From Candidatus Coprousia avicola (GTDB lineage: Bacteria; Actinomycetota; Coriobacteriia; Coriobacteriales; Coriobacteriaceae), in assembly GCA_018715125.1 (NCBI GenBank), contig DVMF01000007.1, positions 38,452-102,451 on the forward strand: a DNA stretch of 64,000 nt, read 5' to 3'. A program made the translations under genes and the position numbers. The notes beneath the pieces are model-generated. The model ran no database searches, was not told the DNA's origin, and was given only the letters and a program-made list of their open reading frames with translations. Shown here piece after piece: positions 10,913 to 20,196 of this stretch. Every line of letters begins with the position of its first letter. The stretch's first letter is position 1.

Positions 10913-11824
10913 ATGGCAAAGCAAATGCCAAAACGCAACCTTGAGAAGGTCGGCTTGAGTGTCACGGGCGCCTGCGTAGCGCTCGTGACACTTGTGGTAG
11001 TGGCGCTCATCTTCATGGTTGCGCAGCGCGGTCTCTCCACCTTCTTCAAGGATGGCGTTAGTGTCCTAGAGTTCTTCACCGGTACCAAGTGGAACCTCGC
11101 CCAGACCAACGAGGCGACCGGCCTTCCCTTTACCGGCGCCCTGCCGCTCATCATCACGTCGTTCGCGGTCACGATCTTCTCCACCGTCATCGCCGTGCCG
11201 ATCGCCATCGGCGCCGCCATCTACGTGGTAGAGATCTCGCCCAAGTTCGGCCAGAAGTACTTCCAGCCGCTCATCGAGCTGCTCGTGGGCATCCCCTCGG
11301 TCGTCTTCGGCCTCATCGGCTTCCACGTGATCGTGCGTGCGGTGCGCGTGATCTTCAACGTCGAGCTCGGTCTCGGCATCCTGCCGGGCTCCATCGTGCT
11401 CGCCCTCATGATCTTGCCGACCATCACCACGCTCGCCATCGACGCCCTGCGCGCCGTGCCGCAGAGCTACCGTGAGGGCTCGCTCGCGCTCGGCTACACC
11501 CGCTGGCAGACCATCTGGCACGTGGTGCTCAAGTCCGCCACCCCCTCGCTCATGACCGCGGTCATCCTCGGCATGACGCGTGCCTTCGGCGAGACGCTCG
11601 CCGTCCGCATGGTCATCGGCGGCGTCGAGAACATGCCCGCCGGCCTCATCGACTCCGCGTCCACCATCACCACCACGCTCACGACCTCTATGGCCGTGTA
11701 CGCAACGGGTTCGGTCCAAAACGACGCCCTGTGGACGCTCGGCCTGCTCCTCATGGGCATGTCGCTCATCTTCATCCTGATCATCCATCTCATCGGCGCA
11801 AAGGGGGCGAAGGCTCGTGGCTAA
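10913..11824 (+). CDS. pstC: Phosphate ABC transporter permease
   Basis: LIELLVGIPSVVFG, the EAA loop (VPQSYREGSLALG) and RAFGETLAV. Confidence 0.93.
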   Translation: MAKQMPKRNLEKVGLSVTGACVALVTLVVVALIFMVAQRGLSTFFKDGVSVLEFFTGTKWNLAQTNEATGLPFTGALPLIITSFAVTIFSTVIAVPIAIGAAIYVVEISPKFGQKYFQPLIELLVGIPSVVFGLIGFHVIVRAVRVIFNVELGLGILPGSIVLALMILPTITTLAIDALRAVPQSYREGSLALGYTRWQTIWHVVLKSATPSLMTAVILGMTRAFGETLAVRMVIGGVENMPAGLIDSASTITTTLTTSMAVYATGSVQNDALWTLGLLLMGMSLIFILIIHLIGAKGAKARG

Positions 11825-12773
11825 CACAACGGTCGCTCAGGCGACGTCCGGCGGCGCGCACGCGCCGGAGCAGGACGCGCGCATCCGCCGCGCCATGCGC
11901 AACGACAAGATCGCGACGGGCGTGCTCGGTGCCATCGTCGCCATCGTGATGGCCATCGTCGTGGCGATGGTCGCCTACATCCTCTTCCAGGGCGTGGGGC
12001 AGCTGTTCCAGCCCGGCTTCCTCACCGAGGCCAGCCGTTCCAACGGTACCGAGGGCGGCATCGCCTATCAGCTGTTCGACTCGTTCTATCTGCTGATCCT
12101 GACGCTGATCATCTCGCTGCCGATCTCGCTTTTCGGCGCGGTCTTTCTGGTGGAGTACGCACCCGAGGGCCCGGTGACCAAGATCGCATCGACCGCCATC
12201 GAGACGCTGTCCTCGCTGCCGTCGATCGTCGTGGGCATGTTCGGCTTCCTCATGTTCTCCGTCAACTTCGGGTGGGGCTACTCGCTCATCTCGGGCGCCA
12301 TCGCGCTCACCATGTTCAACATCCCGATCCTGACGCGCGTCATCACCCAGGCGCTCGAGGACGTGCCGGCGAGCCAGCGCGATGCGTGCCTCGCCATGGG
12401 CCTCACCCGGTGGGAGACGACGCTCCACGTTCTCATCCCCGCGGCCATGCCCGCCATCGTGACGGGCGTCGTGCTCTCGGCCGGCCGCGTGTTTGGCGAG
12501 GCGGCTGCGCTGCTCTTCACCTCCGGTATGTCGAGCCCGGCGCGCCTGAACTTCCTGTCGCTCAACTTCTCGAGCCCCACGTGCGCCTGGAATATCTTCC
12601 GTCCCGGCGAGTCGCTCGCCGTGCACATCTACAAGATCTACGGCGAGGGCAGCCCCGAGGCGCAGCACATCGTCTGGGGTACCGCCGCGGTGCTTATGAT
12701 CTGCGTGCTTCTGTTCAACGTGCTTTCCCGTATCGCCGGTAAGGCCCTCGCGAGGAGGATGACGGCCGAATGA
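11817..12773 (+). CDS. pstA: Phosphate ABC transporter permease
   Basis: IETLSSLPSIVVGMFG and GRVFGEAAAL; overlaps pstC by 8 bp. Confidence 0.93.
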   Translation: MANTTVAQATSGGAHAPEQDARIRRAMRNDKIATGVLGAIVAIVMAIVVAMVAYILFQGVGQLFQPGFLTEASRSNGTEGGIAYQLFDSFYLLILTLIISLPISLFGAVFLVEYAPEGPVTKIASTAIETLSSLPSIVVGMFGFLMFSVNFGWGYSLISGAIALTMFNIPILTRVITQALEDVPASQRDACLAMGLTRWETTLHVLIPAAMPAIVTGVVLSAGRVFGEAAALLFTSGMSSPARLNFLSLNFSSPTCAWNIFRPGESLAVHIYKIYGEGSPEAQHIVWGTAAVLMICVLLFNVLSRIAGKALARRMTAE

Positions 12774-13606
12774 GTAACACCACCGATGCGTTTCTCGCGA
12801 GTGTTGACTCGAGCGAGCGCGCGCCCCGCGTGACGGGCCGGGCGATCTCTGACGAGGTCATGCTCGAGACGCACGACGTCAACGTCTACTACGGCGACAA
12901 CCATGCCCTGCATGACACGTCGCTTCAGTTCCACACGGGCGAGATCACGGCTCTCATCGGCCCGTCCGGCTGCGGCAAGTCCACGTTTCTGCGCTCGCTG
13001 AACCTCATGAACCGCGAGATCAAGGGCTGCCGCGTCACGGGCGAGATCGTCTACGAGGGCCGCAACATCAACACCAAGACCGAGAACCTCTACGAGCTGC
13101 GCCGCTCCATCGGCATGGTGTTCCAGCAGCCGAACCCGTTCCACAAGTCCATCCGCGAGAACATTACGTTCGCGCCCAAGCGCCACGGCCTCAAGGACAA
13201 GGACGCCTTGGAGCAGCTCGTGGAGGAGAGCCTCCGCGGCGCGGCGCTGTGGGACGAGGTCAAGGACAAGCTGGATGAGAGCGCCTTCGCCCTCTCCGGC
13301 GGCCAGCAGCAGCGCCTCTGCATCGCGCGCACGCTCGCCATGCACCCGGACGTCATCCTGTTTGACGAGCCCTGCTCGGCGCTCGACCCCATCTCGACCC
13401 TCGCCATCGAGGACCTCATGCTCTCCATCGTGGAGAACCGCGCGATCGTGATCGTGACGCACAACATGGAGCAGGCGTCGCGCGTTTCGAACCGCACCGC
13501 CTTCTTCTACATGGGAGACATGGTCGAGTACGGCGAGACGGAGCAGATCTTCCAGCGTCCGAACGACAAGCGCCTGAACGACTATCTGACGGGCATGTTC
13601 TCGTAG
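12770..13606 (+). CDS. pstB: Phosphate ABC transporter ATP-binding protein
   Basis: GPSGCGKST, LSGGQQQRLCIAR, DEPCSALDPIST and VTHNM. Confidence 0.96.
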   Translation: MSNTTDAFLASVDSSERAPRVTGRAISDEVMLETHDVNVYYGDNHALHDTSLQFHTGEITALIGPSGCGKSTFLRSLNLMNREIKGCRVTGEIVYEGRNINTKTENLYELRRSIGMVFQQPNPFHKSIRENITFAPKRHGLKDKDALEQLVEESLRGAALWDEVKDKLDESAFALSGGQQQRLCIARTLAMHPDVILFDEPCSALDPISTLAIEDLMLSIVENRAIVIVTHNMEQASRVSNRTAFFYMGDMVEYGETEQIFQRPNDKRLNDYLTGMFS

Positions 13607-13694
13607 CTGCCGCCGGTATCGGCTACGGCGCCCCTCTGCCGGGACGCATCAACGCGGTATCGCCGCTCGTGCGCGAGCGTGCATTCCTTCCCGA

Positions 13695-13728
13695 AAAAGG
13701 GCGACCCTTGCGAGCGGGTCGCCCTTTT
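13695..13728. terminator. Bidirectional terminator between pstB and the ABC-F gene
   Basis: AAAAGGGCGACCC-N8-GGGTCGCCCTTTT. Confidence 0.75.
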
Positions 13729-13768
13729 GCGTTGTCCTGGGTGCACGGCTCGCCTTTGGTCCGGTGCG

Positions 13769-15580
13769 CTAGCCCTCAAGCTGCTCGGATACCTCGAGCC
13801 ACTGCGTCTCGAGCTCGTCCACGGCATCGCGCGCCGCGGCGATTTTTACCTGCTGGTCCTGCAGGGCCTGATAATCGGTGGGGTCTACCTCAGCCATCGC
13901 AGCCTCGAGCTCCTCGGCGCGCGTGCGCGCGGTGGCGATGCGCCTCTCGAGCGAGGCCACCTCGCGACGGAGGCGCTGGCGCTCGGCGTTGCTGAGGCCG
14001 GAGGAGGGCCCGGCGGGCGCGGCGTCTGCGGAAGGCTCGCTTGCAGGGGAGGCGCCGCCCTGAGCGCCTTTGGCGCGGGTGGCCTCAACCAGGCGCAGGT
14101 ACTCGTCCACCCCGCCCGGCACGTGGCGGAGGCGCCCGTCGATCAGGGCGTACTGCGAATCGGTCACGCGCTCCATCAGGTAGCGGTCGTGGGTGACGAG
14201 GATGAGCGTGCCCGGCCACCCGTCGAGCAGGTCCTCGACGATCGCGAGCATATCCGTATCGAGGTCGTTGCCCGGCTCGTCCAAGATGAGGACGTTGGGC
14301 TCGTCGAGAATGGTGAGCAGCAGCATGAGGCGGCGGCGCTGGCCGCCGGAGAGGTCGGCGATGCGGCTCCAGAGCTGCTGGGTCGTGAAGCCGAGCCGCT
14401 CGAGGAGCTTCTCGGGGCTCGTCTCCTTGCCATCAATCAGGTAGGAGCGCTTGTAGTGCGACAGCACCTCGCGGATGGTGCTGTCGAGATACGGCGTGAG
14501 CTCGTCGAGCTGCTGCGAGAGCACGCCGAAGCGCACCGTCTGGCCGATCTTGACGCGGCCGGCGGTGGGGGCGAGCTTGCCCTGGATGACGTCGATCATG
14601 GTCGATTTGCCCGCGCCGTTCTCGCCGAGCAGGCCGAAGCGGTCGCCTGCGCCGATGAGCCAGGTGACGTCCTCGAGGACCGGATGGTCGGGGTAGCCGG
14701 CGTCCACGTCGATCACGTCGATCACCTGCTTGCCGAGGCGCGCGACGGCGAGGCGCTTGAGCTCGAGGTCGTTGCGCAGCGGCGGCACGTCGGCGATGAG
14801 CGCGCGGGCCGCCTCGACCCTGAACTTCGGCTTGGTGCTGCGCGCCTGGGCGCCGCGGGAGAGCCAGGCGAGCTCCTTGCGCGCCATGTTGCGCCGGCGC
14901 TCCTCGGCCACCTGGGCGAGGCGGTCGCGCTCGACGCGCTGCAGGATGTAGGCGGAGTAGCCGCCCTCGAAGGGCTCGACGGCGCGGTCGTGCACCTCCC
15001 ACATGGACAGGCAGACCTCGTCCAAGAACCAGCGGTCGTGGGTGACGACGAGAAGCGCGCCCGCACCGGCCTGCCAGCGGGTCTTCAGGTGGTGCGCGAG
15101 CCAGTTGATGGAGCGTATATCGAGGTGGTTGGTGGGCTCGTCGAGCATGAGGACGTCCCAGTCGCCGATGAGCAGGCGGGCGAGGTCGACGCGGCGGCGC
15201 TGGCCGCCGGAGAGCGACCCGACCGTCGCCTCCCACGGCACGTCGGAGATCAGCCCGTCGAGGATGCTGCGGATGCGCGGCGAGGCCGCCCATTCGTAAG
15301 CGGGCATGTCGCCCACGACGGCCGTGTGGACCGTCTGCGCGTCGTCAAGGGCGTCGCGCTGGCCGAGGAGGCCCACGGCGAGGTCACGGCGATGCGTGAC
15401 GCGCCCCTCGTCCGGCTCGAGGGCTCCGGCGAGAAGCGCCAGCAGGGTGGACTTGCCGTCGCCGTTCTTGCCGACGATGCCGATGCGGTCGCCCTCGTCC
15501 ACGCCGAGGGTGACGTCATGAAAGACCTGTTTGGTGGGAAAATCGAGCGTGAGCGCGTCGCAGCCGAGCAAGATCGCCAT
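13769..15580 (-). CDS. ABC-F family ATPase (Uup-like, C-terminal coiled coil)
   Basis: Two nucleotide-binding domains (GKNGDGKST, GENGAGKST), two LSGGQ motifs, DEPTNHLD and no transmembrane segment. Confidence 0.9.
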   Translation of the reverse strand: MAILLGCDALTLDFPTKQVFHDVTLGVDEGDRIGIVGKNGDGKSTLLALLAGALEPDEGRVTHRRDLAVGLLGQRDALDDAQTVHTAVVGDMPAYEWAASPRIRSILDGLISDVPWEATVGSLSGGQRRRVDLARLLIGDWDVLMLDEPTNHLDIRSINWLAHHLKTRWQAGAGALLVVTHDRWFLDEVCLSMWEVHDRAVEPFEGGYSAYILQRVERDRLAQVAEERRRNMARKELAWLSRGAQARSTKPKFRVEAARALIADVPPLRNDLELKRLAVARLGKQVIDVIDVDAGYPDHPVLEDVTWLIGAGDRFGLLGENGAGKSTMIDVIQGKLAPTAGRVKIGQTVRFGVLSQQLDELTPYLDSTIREVLSHYKRSYLIDGKETSPEKLLERLGFTTQQLWSRIADLSGGQRRRLMLLLTILDEPNVLILDEPGNDLDTDMLAIVEDLLDGWPGTLILVTHDRYLMERVTDSQYALIDGRLRHVPGGVDEYLRLVEATRAKGAQGGASPASEPSADAAPAGPSSGLSNAERQRLRREVASLERRIATARTRAEELEAAMAEVDPTDYQALQDQQVKIAAARDAVDELETQWLEVSEQLEG

Positions 15581-15752
15581 GGGTGTCCCTTCCGTTTGTG
15601 TCTGAGATATCCTAGCACGTGCGGGCGGCGGTGCCAGGCGGCGCGGCGGGCGGGGCCCATGCTACACTGTCGGGTGATTTCTGCCGCCACGCGGCGCGAT
15701 GGCGCGCGCGGGTGGCCGAGGGGCGGCGCCTCTGCGCCGAGGGAGGATGACT

Positions 15753-16520
15753 ATGATCAAAGCGGCGTTTTTCGATATCGACGGCACGCTCCTGAGTTTT
15801 GAGACGCACGCCATGCCGCCCTCGACCGTGCGCGCCCTCGCCGCGCTGCGCGCCCAGGGGATACGCTGCGTCATCTCGTCGGGGCGCCCCACCTATCAGC
15901 TGCCGCCGGAGCTCCGCGAGGGCTTTGACGCGTACGTCACCCTAAACGGCCAGCTCTGCTATGACGCGGAGGGCGTGTATCGCAGCTGCCCCATCGCCGA
16001 GGCCGATGTGCGCACCATCGTCGGCCAAGTGGAGGAGGGTGTCTTTGACGCCCTTGTCCTCCAGCGCGAGCGCTCGTTTGTCAACGCGCTCACCCCGCGG
16101 GTGCAGGCGGTGGCGCGCCAGGCGAACCTCGTGTACGAGCCCGATGACATCGCGCGCGCCTTCGACGCGCCCGTCTACCAGTTCTGCGTCTTCGTCGAGC
16201 CGGGGGAGGAGGGCGTCTTTCTCGACAAGACGACCTCCGTCGCGGCGACGCGCTGGACCAACCTCTTCTGCGACGTGGTCCCGCGCGAGGGCGGCAAGGC
16301 CTTCGGCGTGGAGGCGACGCTCGCACGCTTTGGGTTGGGACCCGAGGAGGCGGTGGCCTTTGGCGACGGCGAGAACGACCTCAGCATGTTTGGCGCCGTG
16401 GGGACGAGCGTGGCGATGGGGAACGCGTGGGACAGCGTGAAGGAGCGCGCGACGCACGTGACGACCGGCGTCGACGACGACGGCATCTGGAACGCCTGCC
16501 GCGCACTCGGCCTGATATAG
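15753..16520 (+). CDS. Cof-type HAD-IIB hydrolase
   Basis: FFDIDGTL, SSGR, K..G and AFGDGENDLSM. Confidence 0.92.
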   Translation: MIKAAFFDIDGTLLSFETHAMPPSTVRALAALRAQGIRCVISSGRPTYQLPPELREGFDAYVTLNGQLCYDAEGVYRSCPIAEADVRTIVGQVEEGVFDALVLQRERSFVNALTPRVQAVARQANLVYEPDDIARAFDAPVYQFCVFVEPGEEGVFLDKTTSVAATRWTNLFCDVVPREGGKAFGVEATLARFGLGPEEAVAFGDGENDLSMFGAVGTSVAMGNAWDSVKERATHVTTGVDDDGIWNACRALGLI

Positions 16521-16584
16521 GGGCCGGGGCGCGCCGGCGTCCCGCGCAGTTGCGCGTCGCCCGCCCGCGAGGGGAGAGAAGCAC

Positions 16585-16860
16585 CAGATTGCATGCCTGG
16601 GCCCTGAGGGGGGCGCCAGATTGTGCGTCGTGGCCAAGGGGGACAAAAGCGGCGTATTGTATGTCGGCACACCCCGGGGAGAAAGCCCGCAGATTGTATA
16701 GGCAGATTGTATGTTCTGATCTCAAAGCGGCGAAAGCCCAGCTCAGCGCGGTGCAAAGAACGGGCGGATTGTATAGAAAGATACAATCCGCCCCATCTTT
16801 ACCCTGGTTTTCATACAATCTGCCGCATCTCTCCCATTCTGCGTGAATATACAATCTGCC
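16585..16860. repeat. Intergenic array of nine CAGATTGTAT-like motifs arranged around a central palindrome
   Basis: Six forward copies (16585, 16617, 16653, 16690, 16703, 16765), three inverted copies (16781, 16813, 16849) and a 13-bp perfect inverted repeat at 16762-16793. Confidence 0.75.
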
Positions 16861-17005
16861 TCGTTTCTCCCACCACCTTCGTGGTATGCCATCCGCTGCT
16901 TTCGGCCCCTTCACTTCGGTGTGTTCAGTCTGGGGCGCTGCACGGCACTTTTAATCGGTGTCGATTTTGGGCAGCCTCGTGGCGCAATGCGACGCAATGG
17001 GGTAA

Positions 17006-17023
17006 AGTAAGCGCAAGCTAACT
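17006..17023. promoter_or_regulatory. Candidate DtxR/MntR operator AGTAAGC-GCAA-GCTAACT
   Basis: 7-4-7 near-palindrome (one mismatch) about 50 bp upstream of the DtxR/MntR-family gene. Confidence 0.45.
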
Positions 17024-17074
17024 CATATCGTCGCCCCGGGAGCGGTGCGACGTGCCCGTCAAGAAAGGCATCCC

Positions 17075-17470
17075 ATGGCGCACGAGCTGCACGAATCCGG
17101 CGAAGATTACCTCGAGGCCATCCTCATGATCGAGAACGAGCGCGGGCTCGCCCGCTCCGTCGACGTGGCGGAGCGGCTCGGGGTAACCAAGGCGAGCGTG
17201 TCCAAGGCGATGGGAATCCTGGAAGGGCGCGGTTATATCGAGATGGCGCGCCGGCAGGTCAGGCTCACCGAGGCGGGGCGCGTCGTGGCAGAGCGCATGC
17301 TGGAGCGGCACGAGTACTTCCGAGGACTGCTCGTGCGCGCCGGGGTGACGCCGGAGGTCGCGGCGGCGGAGGCCTGTCACATGGAGCACTGCCTCTCGAG
17401 CGATTCCTTCGCCAAGCTGCGCGCCCACTTGGAGGGTATCGACGCGCGGTGCGCTACGCGCCCTTCTTGA
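17075..17470 (+). CDS. DtxR/MntR-family metal-dependent regulator (no SH3-like domain)
   Basis: EDYLEAI, RSVDVAERLGVTKASVSKA helix-turn-helix, RH and EACHMEHCLS. Confidence 0.9.
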   Translation: MAHELHESGEDYLEAILMIENERGLARSVDVAERLGVTKASVSKAMGILEGRGYIEMARRQVRLTEAGRVVAERMLERHEYFRGLLVRAGVTPEVAAAEACHMEHCLSSDSFAKLRAHLEGIDARCATRPS

Positions 17471-18083
17471 GGTTGGGGATGATGCGCTTCACGATCCAGA
17501 AGATCGCGACCACGACGACGAGCGCGATGATGACGTACTTGACGATGCTCGAGACCCACTCCGCCTGCTCGGAGACCTGCATCCACGCACTGCCCGCCGC
17601 GGCGCCGAGCGAGCAGAGCACCGTGTTCCAGACGGCGGAGCCGACAAGTGTGAAGAGCGTGAACTTGACCGGGTTCATGCGCGCGGTGCCGGCGGGGATG
17701 GATATGAGGCTGCGCACGACGGGGATGCAGCGGCAGATGAGGACCGTTGCCTGCCCCTTGCGGTCGAACCAATCGATGGCGCTGGTGATGTCGGACCCCT
17801 TGAAGCCGAGCAGGCGCATGGGGCGCGTCTCGAAGAAGCGCATGAGGCGCTCGCGCGAGAGCACCCAGCCGATGCCGTACAGGATGTAGGCGCCGAGGAC
17901 AGAGCCCGCCGTCGCCGAGATGATGACGAGGGGCAGCACCATGTCGGTCGTGGTGGTGAAAAATCCGGAGAGCGGCAGGATGACCTCGCTGGGTATGGGC
18001 GGGAAGATGTTCTCGATGAAGATGAGGGCGCCTACGGCGAAGTAGCCGAACTGGTTGATGAAATCGAAGAAGAGGGTGTCCAT
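17454..18083 (-). CDS. DedA-family membrane protein
   Basis: ENIFPPIPSEVILPLSG, RCIPVVRSLISIPAG and F.LFTLVGSAVW. Confidence 0.93.
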   Translation of the reverse strand: MDTLFFDFINQFGYFAVGALIFIENIFPPIPSEVILPLSGFFTTTTDMVLPLVIISATAGSVLGAYILYGIGWVLSRERLMRFFETRPMRLLGFKGSDITSAIDWFDRKGQATVLICRCIPVVRSLISIPAGTARMNPVKFTLFTLVGSAVWNTVLCSLGAAAGSAWMQVSEQAEWVSSIVKYVIIALVVVVAIFWIVKRIIPNLKKGA

Positions 18084-18247
18084 GGGGGACCTTTCTGCGG
18101 CCGGCGCGCGGGCCTGACCGTTTGGGGGCGTTGCGAATCCGTGAGCCAGTGTAGCCGATGGGCGCACCGATGCGGAGGGCCGGCCCCGCTTTCCATGGAG
18201 AATCGAGAAGTGGACGGGCCGTCGCGCGTCCGCGGCGGGAGGGGCGG

Positions 18248-19306
18248 TTAGGAGTGCTTGGGGGACGCGGGAAGCCACGTGACCTTGAGCACGCCCGAGA
18301 GCGGCCGCGCGATGGCGGGGAGCGCGCCGAGCGCCGTGGCGCCGGCGGTGACGAGGGCGACGGCGAGCGTGCCGAGGACGGGGTCGAGCATGAAGGCGGG
18401 GTCGTAGAAGGGCGTGTGGAACGTGAGCCAGGCACGGACGAGCCGGTGGACCACGTAGACGGGAAGCGTCCGGCGGCCGAGCGTAGTGAGCCATGAGTCG
18501 CCGGTCGGGGTGATCTTGAGCAGGGCGAGTGAGAAGACGCCCGCGATAACCCACGTGATGAGGCGCGCGGCGATGCCGCCGGCGACGACGGTGCCGATGG
18601 GGGCGCTCCCGAGCCCGGGATAGGGGTTGTCGCCGTAGACGAGGGTGAAGAAGCCGTCGAAGGCGTGGGCGTCCATGAGGCGCAGCGCGCCGATCGCTGC
18701 CGCCGCCCCGACGCACAGCCAGAGGATGCGCCTTGCGCGCAGGCGCTCGAGCGCGGCGGGCGTGAGGTAGTAGCCCAGGGCGAACCAGGGGAGAAACGCG
18801 AGCGCGCGCCCCAGGGCGAGGATGCCGCTCGAGAGGTCGATGCAGCCGCTCGCGAGGGCGATGAGCGCCGTGAGGGCGATTCCACGCGCCGGCTTCATGT
18901 GCGCGAGGACGGGCGTGGCGAGGTACCACCAGGCCATGGCGATGAGGTACCACGGCGCCGAGGTGAAGCGCAGCAGGCGCTCCGGATGGGTGAGAAGCAC
19001 GCCGTTTACGGCGAGCAGCGCCGCCTGAAAGGCGAGCCCGAGCACGGCAAACGAGGTGATGCGGTTGACGTTCAGCCGTCCCGCCCGATACGCGCCCTTG
19101 GCGAAGAGGCCGGACGTGAGCACGAAGAGCGGCATGTGGAAGAGGTAGATGATGTCGAAGGCGGCCGAGAGCGCCGCGTTATCGTTGTGGATGGGATGCG
19201 CGATATGGCCGAAGACGACCAAGATGATGAGTATCCCCTTGAGATTGTCGAACAGCGCGATGCGCGCCCGTCGCGGCGATGCCGCGGCCGTGGCTTCAGC
19301 TCCCAT
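18248..19306 (-). CDS. Acyltransferase family 3 membrane protein
   Basis: DNLKGILIILVVFGH and FHMPLFV..SG motifs; many transmembrane helices. Confidence 0.88.
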   Translation of the reverse strand: MGAEATAAASPRRARIALFDNLKGILIILVVFGHIAHPIHNDNAALSAAFDIIYLFHMPLFVLTSGLFAKGAYRAGRLNVNRITSFAVLGLAFQAALLAVNGVLLTHPERLLRFTSAPWYLIAMAWWYLATPVLAHMKPARGIALTALIALASGCIDLSSGILALGRALAFLPWFALGYYLTPAALERLRARRILWLCVGAAAAIGALRLMDAHAFDGFFTLVYGDNPYPGLGSAPIGTVVAGGIAARLITWVIAGVFSLALLKITPTGDSWLTTLGRRTLPVYVVHRLVRAWLTFHTPFYDPAFMLDPVLGTLAVALVTAGATALGALPAIARPLSGVLKVTWLPASPKHS

Positions 19307-19387
19307 AGAACCCCTCGGTTGTACCTTCCCCCAGCCGGTGCGCGCGGGGTTGCAGCGTGCCCGCGCCCATCCGGGCAAACCGGTATG

Positions 19388-19427
19388 ATAGCAGGGTTGG
19401 AACCGTAATAGCAGTGTTGGAACCGTA
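19388..19427. repeat. 20-bp tandem duplication in the luxS promoter/leader
   Basis: ATAGCAGGGTTGGAACCGTA followed directly by ATAGCAGTGTTGGAACCGTA. Confidence 0.85.
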
Positions 19428-19446
19428 TGAGAGGATGAGGAGCACC

Positions 19447-19929
19447 ATGGACAAGATCGCGAGCTTCACCGTCGACCATCTGACGCTCGAGCCGGGGCTC
19501 TACGTGTCGCGCATCGACCGCGACCCGGCGACCGGCGCCGCGGTGACGACGTTCGACATCCGCGTCACCGCCCCCAACCGCGAGCCGGTCATGAATACGG
19601 CCGAGGTGCACACCATCGAGCACCTGGGGGCGACGTACGTGCGCAACGACGCCGCGTGGGCATCCCGCGTGGTCTACTTTGGCCCCATGGGGTGCCGCAC
19701 GGGGTTCTACCTCGTGGTGTTCGGCGAGGTGGGGTCGCGGGAGGTTCTCCCGCTCGTTCAGGGGCTCTTCCGGTTCGTGACGGGTTTTGAGGGCGAGATC
19801 CCCGGCGCGCACCCGGAGGAGTGCGGCAACTACCTCGACCAGAATCTTGCCGCGGCCCAGTGGTGGGCGCGCCGGTACCTCGGCGTGCTCGACGGGATCG
19901 ACGAGGCGCATCTCGCATACGGCGCTTGA
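19447..19929 (+). CDS. luxS: S-ribosylhomocysteine lyase
   Basis: SFTVDH, HTIEHLGA, GPMGCRTGFY and CGNY. Confidence 0.96.
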   Translation: MDKIASFTVDHLTLEPGLYVSRIDRDPATGAAVTTFDIRVTAPNREPVMNTAEVHTIEHLGATYVRNDAAWASRVVYFGPMGCRTGFYLVVFGEVGSREVLPLVQGLFRFVTGFEGEIPGAHPEECGNYLDQNLAAAQWWARRYLGVLDGIDEAHLAYGA

Positions 19930-19962
19930 TTGCGCATGGGGGAGGGAGTCCCCGAGCCTTCA

Positions 19963-20113
19963 GGGGGTTATTAATTCTAGTGCACGGTTTACGGCGGGTC
20001 CTGTGAGTAGTGGCGAACGCGCGCGGCCTTCTGACCTGCGGGATCTTTAGCGAGGCGCCCCCTCTCTACTCCGAAAGGGGGCGCGCAACTAGGCACTAGA
20101 ATTAATAACCCCC
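19963..20113. mobile_element. MITE-like element (151 bp) with 21-bp perfect terminal inverted repeats
   Basis: GGGGGTTATTAATTCTAGTGC ... GCACTAGAATTAATAACCCCC, AT-rich ends in a GC-rich context, and no ORF inside. Confidence 0.6.
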
Positions 20114-20196
20114 CCGATCTTCCCGTTGAGATCGGGCGGAAGGGCGTGCGGGGTCGGCTGAACGGGCCGGGTCGGGGCCGTAGGCCGCACGCGGCG

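Noticed and set aside
16585-16860. CRISPR interpretation of the motif arrays (also 39455-39712)
   Set aside because: The repeats are only 8-12 bp, occur in both orientations, have irregular spacing, and no cas genes are present.
19310-19446. SAH/SAM riboswitch upstream of luxS
   Set aside because: The leader is short and occupied by the tandem repeat, with no recognisable aptamer.
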